From positions 274,441-338,440 of the forward strand of contig NIVC01000464.1 in the NCBI GenBank assembly GCA_002269645.1: a stretch of 64,000 bases of DNA, written 5' to 3'. The notes beneath the pieces are model-generated. The model had not been told where the DNA came from and did not search any database. It was given only the letters and a program-made list of their open reading frames with translations. How positions within the stretch are numbered: the first letter of the stretch is position 1; each line of letters starts with the position of its first letter. Below, one piece after another: positions 40,101-51,182 of this stretch. The position numbers and the translations under genes were made by a program. The DNA comes from Macrostomum lignano. Taxonomy: Eukaryota.

Positions 40101-41162
40101 AATATGACGATTGCACATTGTGCCAAAAATGACAGAAGACAGTCTTCTATTTACACTATATTATAGTTCCTCCTTTTTATCGGCTATTTCAAATGTAGGT
40201 TCTGATGTCCGTTGGTTTTACTTGCAGTAGCATTTAACTACTTTTCTGGCAGTGCTTGCTGTGTAAAAATGACTGCTGCACAAGCTGTAAAATATGACGA
40301 TTGCACATTGTGCCAAAAATGACAGAAGACAGTCTTCTATTTACACTATATTATAGTTCCTCCTTTTTATCGGCTATTTCAAATGTAGGTTCTGATGTCC
40401 GTTGGTTTTACTTGCAGTAGCATTTAACTACTTTTCTGGCAGTGCTCGCTGTGTAAAAATGACTGCTGCACAAGCTGTAAAATATGACGATTGCACATTG
40501 TGCCAAAAATGACAGAAGACAGTGTATTACGTATTATAGCCTTAATTATGTACTTTTAATAAGTTTTATAATTTTATATTATAAAACGATTTAGTATATA
40601 ATTGTCATATTAGATGTGCTATGCTTGCAATCTCGTATATGAATAAACCATCTATGTTTGCAACATACAACTATTTGCATGTTCAACAAAATTCAAACTT
40701 AAAATGCTGCAACTCACTTTCTACTTTCTCTTCCACACAATCTACTTAACTGATTTTTACAATTTCTTTAGTAGTAGCTATACTACTTCTATTATAGACT
40801 AATTTAATGTGAATATAAGATCCCTGTTGTTTTATTACAGGGTAAAGTTTATTGTATAAATTGCTAAGTATTTACAGTCGTTAATTTTAGTCTAACAGTA
40901 TTTATCAGCACTGCACAAATGTCGTGCAGTTGTGCGCCAATACAGGCTTAAAGGATCGTACACTACGGAATACTGTACAGTATATTGTCAGAGAGGCTGG
41001 AAGTTTTACAAAAATCGAGCAATTTGGAAGTGTCATGAATTTGTCATTTTTGCAAAGTCTGTGTCATGGCCAAAACTTTGCGCGTTTCCATTGGGATACA
41101 CAGCGGTCATTTTTTGTTAAATGTGCCATGTCATTTTTTACAATTCTCGTCATAAACGTGCC
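37122..41162. mobile_element. ~4-kb non-autonomous DNA transposon (inner element)
   Basis: Perfect 14-bp TIR GGCACGTTTATGAC...GTCATAAACGTGCC. 6-bp TSD CTCATC at 37116-37121 and 41163-41168. Many subterminal AAATGAC/GTCATTT motifs. No intact transposase seen. Confidence 0.85.
39451..40522. repeat. Tandem array, 190-bp unit, ~5.6 copies, inside the inner transposon
   Basis: GGTTTTACTTGCAGTAGCATTT recurs at 39451, 39644, 39834, 40024, 40214 and 40404. Confidence 0.97.
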
Positions 41163-41499
41163 CTCATCAGCACCATCCAATAACATGGCAAGCCAAATTC
41201 CTCCCTCCTAGCTCTCCCAAGTGTGGCGGTCTTGGTGTGTGGCGGTCTTGGTCCTACACCCTTTCTAGACTATACAAATTTTCCTTCATTTATGTAAAAA
41301 GGTTAATTTACATTATAATTTTCATACATGGCATGAATTTGGTAGGCCTATGCCAAAAATTTTTCAAGCTCAAAATGGTACACCAAAATAGCCAAGCTCT
41401 TCAATGGTATGCCAAAAAATTCTGGCTTACATGTAACCTTCTTGAGTGTGGCTCACAGGTGATAGTCATAGGAACCATTTCTAGCCTATAAATCAGTAA

Positions 41500-42900
41500 C
41501 ATCGCATCTCAACTGCCAAGTGGAAAAGGGCAACCTTCAGGCTGTTAATGCAAGCCAGTTAGTTGAAGATGGAGTGAAAAAGGTAGGAGGCCTTCTATGC
41601 TAGCTGCTTGCCTTGCAGTTGTTGATAATGGCATCTAGTTCAATGACTAGGATACCAAGATATTTTAACAGTTGCATGGGGCAATGGTATTGCCATCTGG
41701 TAGAAGTAGCAGTAGAAAGTTGGCAATGTCAACATGCAGCATCTGTGTCTTGCCATAGTTGATGTGGAGCCCTATAGGCCTATACTTCCCCTTGTTAGCC
41801 AGCCAACTCACCACCCTCTGCATAGCTTCAGGGCTATAGCTAGTTAGTGCCAAGTTGTCAATGTAGGCAAGGCATGTTAGCTTGCTTGATACAGGGAAAG
41901 CAAGAGCTATGGTAAAACATCATCACTTCATAGCCATCTTTGTTGCTCAGAACCAGCTGTATGACATAGTTGATTAGGATTATAAATAGAAACAGTGATA
42001 AGATATAGGACCCCCAGATATAATGGCAAATTCAGATCTAAGGCTGTGGTCGGTCTGGACAAAAGCCTTGGACAAGCTATAAAGGTCCATGATCACTTGA
42101 ACCAGCAGCTAAGGAATTTCATGCTACTGGAGAAGCCAGGCAATGGCCTCCCGGCTAACAGAGTCAAAAGCTTTGTAGAAATCTATAAAAACAATTTAAC
42201 CTTTTCACAAGTCTCATAGATGTCAATGATGCACTAGATTGCAGTGACTTGTTCTACTATTGACTGTCTAGGTCAAAAGCCACTCTGAATATTGAGAAGC
42301 CTCTGGTTAATGATGGGTTAAATATGATTTTGAAGGATAGTGTTAAGGACTTTGGCCAGAGTGCACTCTAGGGCCAAGCAAATTGTTGAGGCTACTAGAG
42401 TTGCTCTTCTTGGGGATGGCACAATCTTAGAAGTTCTCTATCACTTTGGGGCATTACTAGTTGAGTCCCTGTCTAGGCAGCAAGAGTGGTTGAGGATTCT
42501 AATGATGATAAGCAATAGCTTAGACACCTTCAGAACATGCAGTAAGATGTCATCAATTTGCACTATTGCATCAGCCCACATGGTTCTTAGGGCCTTAGAG
42601 ACTTCATCTATAGAGATTAAAGGGCAATTGAAGTCAGATAGGCAGGCAAGTAGAAAGTCAGCAAGTGGGCAAAGAGTAGCACTGGGAGCTGGGGCATTGA
42701 GCACAAGATAGAAATGGCCCAAAATCAGTTATAGGCAATGCTTGATAGAATCAACATTGATATTAGCATTCAGCATGGCTTGCCATCTTGAGGCAGTTGA
42801 TGGTGCGCTAGGCCACAGCATGATGCCAGTTGTCAATGGCAGCCTTGATCTCCATTACAGCTTCTTAAGTAGACAGCTTAGCAGCTTGGATGCTTAGCAG
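41500..42900 (-). mobile_element. Old, CpG-decayed LINE ORF2 (RT) fragment
   Basis: Degenerate ISIDEVSKALRTM..., VFIDFYKAFDS, LAYIDNLALT (from YADD), GLHINYGKT, FKYLG; many stops. Confidence 0.8.
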
Positions 42901-44533
42901 CTTAGCAGTAGCTTTGGTATTTAGGGCCTAATATATATATTAAGTTTACTAGGCCTAGCCTATCAAAATAAATTGTTAATTATTTCTAGCTGCTATATGC
43001 CTCATGGCAAGCAATATTTTTGATGCCTTAATTCTATAATTTATCAATTTGTATTATTATAGAATCTATGGTTATATTTCTTATGTTAGGCCTAATTCTT
43101 AGGCATATTATCAGTACATGGTCTAGACTAGACTAGATAGGCCTATTGCTAGATGATCTATCAAAATATTATTTATTAAAAAACACTTTCACTAAAGAGT
43201 AACACTGTTAAATAGAAAATTATTTCATTGAACTTAGTTTATTATAGTACAGAATAGTAGCCATCTATGGTACGTGCCATTGCCACATATGATGCCAGGC
43301 ATGCTTGCCATATTATGGATCCTATTATAAGTATGCTGGAAAGTATTTGGCTATCTAGTAAAATGTATGCAAATAAAAAATGTTATTAACAAACATAGAA
43401 ACAATGCAACAAGCAGTCAATATGGCAAATAAATTGCTACAAAAAATAAAACCTATATACCTATATCATTTAAAAGAATAAAAATAATTAATAAAACAGA
43501 ATAGCTATGTTTATTATTGATTTAGGTGTTTTTTAACTAGTAACTATAAAAATTGTTGGTATATTATTTAAAAGCCTAATTTATGCAATGATGTCACATA
43601 CTTCAATGCTTTTATACACTGTGCTGCAGACTTGAACAAGTATAGTTAAGACCATTTTAATGTACAGGCTTACAAGATCTTTAGTAGCATCATGATTGGT
43701 CTCTGCATCTTCTACCAATCAAGTGAGCTCATTATCAAAAATATCCTTACTACTCTTCATCATACTTGGCTTCATGCATTTTTTATGTACTTTGCTTATT
43801 TAATATCATTTTTGTAATTTTGGTTTTTTATTTGCTTTGTTTGTTATTTAGACCTATGTTACCTATGATATATTATATTATTGCTAAGAATCTTCAATTA
43901 GGGGCAGTCTAACTCTTGTGCCACAGTGAACCCTGGTTTGATTCCAGGTGCGAACACAATTCATTCATTTGGGGCTTGTGCACAAAAATATTGTAGGCTT
44001 GATTGAGTTGTTGTGCAATTCACAGCCATTAGGGCCAACTCAAAGACAGAGTGTACATGTGTAATGATTAGAAAGTCAAAGGGCTGATGTACACTCTGTG
44101 TGAGCGTGTGTATGAGTATGTGCCTGAGTATAGTAGCCACACAGTATGAGCAGAATTGCCTCAGTGCTGGTTCATACATGCGCAACAGTCGGCCGAGTCG
44201 GCCGATCTGGCCGACCGATTTGGCGGCCAACCAAGGAAGTCGCAAAAATGCCCACCCAAAAAACACCCAAGAAGTAGTACTAAGTAGCTGACGAGGCATT
44301 TTGGGTTAATAAGACAGTCATAGTTACTCCTGCCGTTTACCCAAAGTTGCGTTAATTTTGCTTTAGGATTTTTTTACATGTAAGTCGCATTTTTGGCTAA
44401 AAACTACGTCGCATTTTTGTTAAACTAAGTCGCACGGCCGACCGAATTTTGGAGGTTGCGCATGTATGTGCTGGTTGCAGGATGTCACATTACAAAATGA
44501 GTGATAAAGTGAGTAAATATAAAATACTTCTGA

Positions 44534-47500
44534 ATGAGCCGCTATCCGCGCTGGACAGGCCGCAATGCTGACTGCTATGCTTGGATTGGCCAGCCAGCCA
44601 GACTGACTGTTGCCAGACCCGAGCCAATAGTAGAAAGCAGACAGGCTGCTAATGAAAATCAACAGCCAGCAGATGCTGCCAATCTACAGGACTGCTACGT
44701 GATTGACAGGAGTGGCGCGTTCGAGTTAAGCACTGGGGCTGATGACTTTGTTCCCGCTAGGCTGCTGTTACACGCTGAGTTTCTCGCTGCACCAGCCAGT
44801 GATGAGGACCTTGCCGATGATGCTGATGAGCCTGAGGCAGCGAAACTCTTTGATCAGCTGCTCCATGGACTGCCCTGGCGGACATCTGCAGAAGAATTAA
44901 GGTGAATATTTGAGTCTAAGGCAGGGGTAGCAATCCGGCCCTCTGATGAGCTTAGATTCTTTATCTGGCACTTTTAGATAAAAATGTTTGCTAAAACCCT
45001 ACTCTAAGACAATTGACTGCCAACCTAGCCTTAAACAGTGTTGGGCATTAACACGTTAAATATTTAACTCTTTGTTGACGAAGTTAATTTTTTTAATCAA
45101 CTTTGCCCAACACTGTCCTTAACCCTAACCTAACCTACAATCCTGAACTGAACCTAAACCTAGCCTAAACCCCAAGCCTACCCGTAGCCTAAACCCTAAA
45201 CCTAACATTCAATCCTCAACTGAACCTAAACCTAGCCTAAACCCCAAGCCTACCCGTAGCCTAAACCCTAAACCTAACCTTCAATCCTCAACTGAACCTA
45301 AACCTAGCCTAAACCCCAAGCCTACCCGTAGCCTAAACCCTAAAACTAACCTTCAATCCTCAACTGAACCTAAACCTAGCCTAAACCCCAAGCCTACCCG
45401 TAGCCTAAACCCTAAACCTAACCTTCAATCCTCAACTGAACCTAGCCTAAACCCCAAGCCTACCCGTAGCCTAAACCCTAAACCTAACCTTCAATCCTCA
45501 ACTGAACCTAAACCTAGCCTAAACCCCAAGCCTACCCGTAGCCTAAACCCTAAACCTAACCTTTAATCCTCAACTGAACCTAGCCTAAACCCCAAGCCTA
45601 CCCGTAGCCTAAACCCTAAACCTAACCTTCAATCCTCAACTGAACCTAAACCTAGCTTAAACCCCAAGCCTACCCGTAGCCTAAACCCTAAACCTAACCT
45701 TTAATCCTCAACTGAACCTAGCCTAAACCCCAAGCCTACCCGTAGCCTAAACCCTAAACCTAACCTTCAATCCTCAACTGAACCTAAACCTAGCTTAAAC
45801 CCCAAGCCTACCCGTAGCCTAAACCCTAAACCTAATCTTCACCTCCAACCCTAAACCTAACCTAAAACTCTTAATTCTCTTTAAGCTTTTCAATTCCTGC
45901 AGTAGTATTTTTAAAATCTAATTTCAACAGCATGGGAAAGCGTCGACCGCAGGCGTGCCAGTTTGGCGAGCCGTTCGCTTCCCACCAACCTGCGGACTCG
46001 GCAAGCGTTAGCCGCGATTGGCCGCTGTCCGCCCTGCGTCAGCTGCGTCATCGGCTTGGCAATCGGCTTGGCATTGAGTTCAACTCGGTCGTCTGCCGGC
46101 TCTACCGGGACTGCCGCGACAGCTCTGATGATGTTGATGGCGGGGACTGTCCGAGTTTGGGCCGGCATCCCAGCATTGCCTGGCTAGTGCTGGGTCGGTG
46201 CGGCCTGCGGTTTCGTTTCACGCAGCGGCCTGGTCGCAGGTGAGCACTGTAATCACTCCCTAAGCAATATTACCTGAGCTCCTCTGATCACTCCCTAAGC
46301 CACATTCCCTGAGCCTCTGATCACTCCCTTAGCCTCTGATAACTCACTGAGCCTCTGATAACTCCCTGAGCCATATTCCCTGAATCTCTAATCACTCCCT
46401 GAGCCTCTGATCACTCCCTTAGCCTCTGATCACTCCCTGAGCCATACTCCCTTAGCCCCTGATCACTCCTTTAGCCTCTGATTCCCTGAGCCATATTCCC
46501 TGAATCTCTGATCACTCCCTGAGCCTCTGATCACTCCCTGAGCCATATTCCCTGAATCTCTAATCACTCCCTGAACCTCTGATCACTCCCTTAGCCTCTG
46601 ATCACTCCCTTAGCCTCTGATCACTCCCTGAACCATATTACCTGAATCTCTAATCACTCCCTGAGCCTCTGGTCACTCCCTGAGCCTCTGGTCACTCCCT
46701 GAGCCTCTGGTCACTCCCTGAGCCTCTGGTCACTCCCTGAGCTTCTGGTCACTCCCTGAGCCTCTGGTCACTCCCTGAGCCTCTGGTCACTCCCTGAGCC
46801 TCTGGTCACTCCCTGAGCCTCTGGTCACTCCCTGAGCCTCTGGTCACTCCCTGAGCCTCTGGTCACTCCCTGAGCCTCTGGTCACTCCCTGAGCCTCTGG
46901 TCACTCCCTGAGCCTCTGGTCACTCCCTGAGCCTCTGGTCACTCCCTGAGCCTCTGGTCACTCCCTGAGCCTCTGGTCACTCCCTGAGCCTCTGGTCACT
47001 CCCTGAGCCTCTGGTCACTCCCTGAGCCTCTGGTCACTCCCTGAGCCTCTGGTCACTCCCTGAGCCTCTGGTCACTACCTGAGCCTCTGGTCACTCCCTG
47101 AGCCTCTGGTCACTCCCTGAGCCTCTGGTCACTCCCTGAGCCATATTCCTCCTGAGTGATATCACTGCATGATCACTGAATTAACTTTATTTTAGCCAAT
47201 CCTCAATCTGCGCAAACTCTACCCGCACGCAACCGTGCAGGCTGCGCCACCCTCTATCGCCCGTTATCGACGTTCACCTGCCCCCTGGCGGACTTCTACT
47301 CGCTCGCGGCTCCCTGCTTCGCGACTGGCGCATCCAGCTGCCGCCGGACCCAACAAGGTCGCAGGCGTGCGCGGCTCTGCTGGCATTCCGTCTGGTTGTG
47401 TCGCGGCCCAGAGAGCGTCTCACTGTTGTGCCGGATCGCAGCCACCGATCGGCGCTGTCGGAGCGACACGGCTGCCTACCAGCCGAGATGTGGTTCACCC

Positions 47501-48868
47501 GGGCCGGGCTGGCCAAGCGCACTGTTGGCTCGGCAACTAAAGCTTTGTACGCTTGGGCCGACTGGCTTAGGCCTGGCGAAGGTTGCGAAGGCGTCACCTG
47601 CAAGACCGTGCACTTTTCGGCTGATGGCGGCGTCTGGCCTGATTGGATGGCTCGGCTGGCAGCCGCGGTGAGCAGCGTCACTGACAATGCCAGACAGGGC
47701 CTGCCCAGTTACTCCTATGTGGATGCGCTTCTCATGCAGCGGATTAATGACCACCTGCCGTGGCAGCCGAGTGAGATTGGCCCGTTTATGGCTGTAGTTG
47801 CCATGGGCAATGAGGAGGTGAGTCTGCCACTCACTCAAGTCAGTCAGCCAGTCAGTCAGTCAGTCAGTCAGTCAGTCAGTCAGTCAGTCAGTCAGTCAGT
47901 CAGTCAGTCAGTCAGTCAAGTCAGTCAGTCAGTCAGTCAGTCAGTCACTCAAGTCAGTCAGTCAGTCAGTCAGTCAGCCACTCACTCAAGTCAGTCAGTC
48001 AGTCAGTCAGCCACTCACTCAAGTCAGTCAGTCAGTCAGTCAGTCAGTCAGTCAGCCACTCACTCAAGTCAGTCAGTCAGCCACTCACTCAAGTCAGTCA
48101 GTCAGTCACTCAAGTCAGTCAGTCAGTCAGTCAGCCACTCACTCAAGTCAGTCAGTCAGTCAGTCAGTCAGTCAGTCAGTCAGTCAGTCAGTCAGTCAGT
48201 CACTCAAGTCAGTCAGTCAGTCAGTCAGTCAGTCAGTCACTCACTCAAGTCAGTCAGTCAGTCAGTCAGCCACTCACTCAAGTCAGTCAGTCAGTCAGTC
48301 AGTCAGCCACTCACTCAAGTCAGTCAGTCAGTCAGTCAGTCAGCCACTCAAGTCAGTCTCTGCCCCCATCCAGGTGCGCAGGCCCCTGGAGATGCGGCGC
48401 CGGGCCGAGTCCGATGCCGACAGCACGGCGGAGGTGCGCGGGCAGCTGCGCTCGGCCAGCGTTGTACTCGGCGCCGGCGACGTGTTGAACCTTCGGCACG
48501 GCTTCTTCCGCGACTGGCAGTTCCGCTTGCCGAGGCACCGTCAAGGCAGCGGCGGTCGCGGAGTGCTGTTCCTGCTGTTCCGGCTGTCGGCTCCAACGTC
48601 GGCGACAGCTCAGGCTGGTGACGCTGAAGCGGCTGGATTGCGGCAGACGCAGTCGAGCGTCAGGAGCAGCAGCGGTGTCACTCTGCGCACAGAGCCGGAG
48701 GCGTGTCCTCACCTGTGCAAGTGCTGCGCTCGCTGCTCTGAGGCTGTCAGCCTGCTGGATCTCGGCGGCAGCGGCAGGTACGCCGGCAGTGGATTGTCGT
48801 GTCCGCTGTGCTCAAAGGAGGCGGCCCGCTGTGTCAGACTGAGCTCAGCTGCTGCCGCTCTGGCCTGA
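44534..48868 (+). CDS. ALKBH3-derived protein with two tandem AlkB-fold domains lacking catalytic residues, plus a Cys-rich tail; ~582 aa; exons 44534-44901, 45931-46239, 47241-47817, 48374-48868
   Basis: VIDRSGAFELS (cf. ALKBH3 VIDREGVYEIS), LFDQLLHGLPW, FNSVVCRLYRD, PSLGRHPSIAWLVLG, LPPGGLLLARG...DWRIQLP...LAFR. The pattern then repeats (PDWMARL, GPFMAVVAMG, GDVLNL...DWQFRLP...LLFR). Three GT-AG introns join in frame. Confidence 0.8.
45036..45115. mobile_element. 80-bp mini hAT-like MITE
   Basis: 12-bp TIR CAGTGTTGGGCA...TGCCCAACACTG. Flanks GCCTTAAA / TCCTTAAC match at 6 of 8 positions. Confidence 0.6.
45120..45870. repeat. 72-bp (and 66-bp) minisatellite rich in CCTAAA/CCCTAA
   Basis: Unit TGAACCTAAACCTAGCCTAAACCCCAAGCCTACCCGTAGCCTAAACCCTAAACCTAACCTTCAATCCTCAAC, about 10 copies. 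Confidence 0.93.
46255..47145. repeat. 19-bp minisatellite (CCTCTGGTCACTCCCTGAG) with degenerate 5' copies
   Basis: Directly visible; fills intron 2 of the AlkB-like gene. Confidence 0.95.
47825..48357. repeat. (CAGT)n microsatellite filling intron 3 of the AlkB-like gene
   Basis: Directly visible. Confidence 0.97.
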
Positions 48869-49612
48869 TCAGCTTGGATGTGAAATCTCTAATATTAAAT
48901 TTAGTGCCTTAGCTACTGAGACTGTGATACGTGTTGTAAATCTGATATTATTGTTTGTATCCATTTTTTTCCTTTTTGGTGTTCTGATTATTTATTTATC
49001 AGAGATATTTTACTTAATGGATTAATACCACGCTATTTCAAATAACAACTTTTTATCGAATTTTACAGCTGTTTTTTTTATCCTTAATTGCTTCCCAAAA
49101 TATTTTAGCGGCTTTTTGTTGAGTAGCCAATTTATTTATAGTTTAGTTGTGTTGTAAACTGTACTTTGTTGTCCGTTTTCAAAACTTTTCCGTTGTATTA
49201 TTTTTTAATATACAATAAAGTGTCTACATAATTTTAGATTGCATATATAGTAACGTCTTAGTCTTGATTCTTTATTTGTCGGAAAGCGAATATAACGCGT
49301 AGTGCGGTTGTAGGCTTAAACTTTTCGTAGCCTAATATATATTAAATACTAGGGGTGTTGCAGAAGTTTCCAGACTCTCAACTGTACGTCATTCTGCTCA
49401 CAGTGACACCAGAAAGCTGGATTTGTAAAAAAAATGGACAAAAATTGGACCCGGAATAGGAGAGAACAAGCAAGGGGATAATTAGGGACTCCAAATGAGT
49501 TTAAGTTTACATAATAAGTCCCTAATTATCATCTATGAATCATCATCTATCAGCAATGTTTCTATTACAAAGTAAAATGACTAGGTAGCTTTTATTCAGA
49601 TGTGTAAAATAA

Positions 49613-50200
49613 ATGGTTAATATTTTGCCTTCCATGCGACTCGCAACAATGAGCGACAAGCAAAAGCAGAATCAAAATGGCAGCGAACTAACCAAGGTGC
49701 TGATGGGTGGCTCCTTAGGCGTGCCAATCATGCTTGGCTATTACTCATTGATGCTGCCGAGGTTCACCGTCTGGCTGGCTATCGATGCCCAGCAGGCAGC
49801 TGATCCAGTGTATAGGCTGGGCCTCGCTCTGCGCTGGCTAGCTCCCGTGTGCCTCACCGTGGTTGCCTGCATACAGGCTGTGGCCACCTGTCGGATGTTT
49901 AATCCGTCCATTGACGGCAGGACGCCTCATCGAATGACAGATCTATGGCGCAGCATCCTGCAGAACACGCTTGAGCAGGCAATGGTGCTGACGCTTAACT
50001 TGCTGGCTATGTCGCAGAATCTGCCATCGGAGAAGCTGGCGGTTGTTCCTATGGCTGTTGTGCTGTTCATTGTTGCTAGGGTGATCTTTGCTATTGGCTA
50101 CATCATTTGGCCGACAAGACGAGCTCTGGGCTTTAGCCTCACCCATCTGCCCAATGTGGCCATGACTGCCTACAATGTTGGCTGTTTGCTTCGCTTCTGA
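49613..50200 (+). CDS. TMEM79-like / MAPEG-superfamily multi-pass membrane protein (intronless, ≤195 aa)
   Basis: Several hydrophobic helices. LQNTLEQ...NLLAMSQNLP.EKLAVVP...LFIVARVIFAIGY...RALGFSLTHLP matches the TMEM79/MAPEG pattern. The start codon choice is uncertain. Confidence 0.75.
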   Translation: MVNILPSMRLATMSDKQKQNQNGSELTKVLMGGSLGVPIMLGYYSLMLPRFTVWLAIDAQQAADPVYRLGLALRWLAPVCLTVVACIQAVATCRMFNPSIDGRTPHRMTDLWRSILQNTLEQAMVLTLNLLAMSQNLPSEKLAVVPMAVVLFIVARVIFAIGYIIWPTRRALGFSLTHLPNVAMTAYNVGCLLRF

Positions 50201-50769
50201 AAGAAGTCCTAATTGCAACAATTGCAGTGTCCTTGATTTTCTACCTTGAACTTGCTATAGAAACAGATTCAGATCAGTGCTATCATCAGCTATCATTAAT
50301 AGAAAGGTTATTAGCTCGTATAATCTTTTTGATTAGATTTTGATTCAGATTCAATTAAAAAAAGAACAATTCTTTTAACGTTATATTCATCAGCATTGTT
50401 TAACATTCCAGTTTGTATTATTTTTTTACATCTTGACGCTCTTGATTTTGATAATAATTTTGGTAAAATGAAATGTGAAATAAACGTATGTATACTCTTA
50501 GATAGAGTGAAGGGCGAAGATTGGATGGATTGAAGCTTCCGCCCGGTTTTAATTGTTTTTTTCAAGCATTTTTTATATCAAAATGGTTAGCCAGGTGAAA
50601 GACGCTGGTCGAAAGACACACTGCTCACTGGGGCAAAGGGTGGCGACTTTTCAATGTTGCTGAGTATATACCCTACAATATAGAGTTGTTAGTAGGGTTG
50701 TTATGTAGATCCCCAATTTGAAAAAATGAAGTAAATGAAGTTATTGAGCTTATCATAGTTAAGAGGGTT

Positions 50770-51092
50770 TTTAGGCTAGGTGTTGGAGCGTCGGACTCAC
50801 GACTTGAAGGTCGGGGGTTCGATTCCCGATCCCACTAGAACAATTTGTGTCCTTGAGCAAGACGCTTAAATCTGCATCGCTTCAGTTCACCCAGCTGTAA
50901 AATGAGTGACAGCTTTAGTTGGGGTAGTTGAGGGTGTGTGGCGACCCCCCCCCAGTCCTTGGATCCTTAGATTGAACAGCCGTACACAGCCTTCAGATGC
51001 GCCGTGCAATAGCTGCGGCTGAGCTGTCGGTCGCACATCTGCCCAATTGGGCAGGTGTAATCAATTATTATTACTATTATTATCATTATAGT
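50770..51092 (+). mobile_element. tRNA-derived SINE with a CORE-like central domain
   Basis: A-box-like start and B box GGTTCGATTCC. GTGTCCTTGAGCAAGACGCTTAA...TTCAGTT...CTGTAAAATG resembles the MIR/CORE domain. (ATT)n-like tail at ~51062-51090. Confidence 0.7.
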
Positions 51093-51182
51093 TAAGAATA
51101 TGAATATCGATATCTGCATATCGATTGTATTGTATATTGCTCGACAATTTCTGCATGCTGTTCAGTTTATAACTAGACAGAC

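Larger units (their letters stand above)
36794..41261. mobile_element. ~420-bp MITE (outer element) split by the 37122-41162 insertion
   Basis: TIR GGG(C/T)G(C/T)A(T/G)GACCAAGACCGCCACA(T/C)ACCAAGACCGCCACA at both ends. 6-bp direct repeat TTTCTA at 36788-36793 and 41262-41267. Confidence 0.8.

Noticed and set aside
43888-43956. tRNA-like sequence with GGTTTGATTCC
   Set aside because: The B box is degenerate and I could not build a convincing cloverleaf; at most a decayed tRNA or SINE head.
12761-47145. Regular tandem arrays (33, 51, 54, 178, 190, 72 and 19 bp) as CRISPR arrays
   Set aside because: The units are contiguous and near-identical with no unique spacers, there are no cas genes, and the context is eukaryotic.
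47398-48621. 407-aa ORF with a long SQSV run
   Set aside because: It reads through the (CAGT)n intron; the real exons end at 47817 and resume at 48374.
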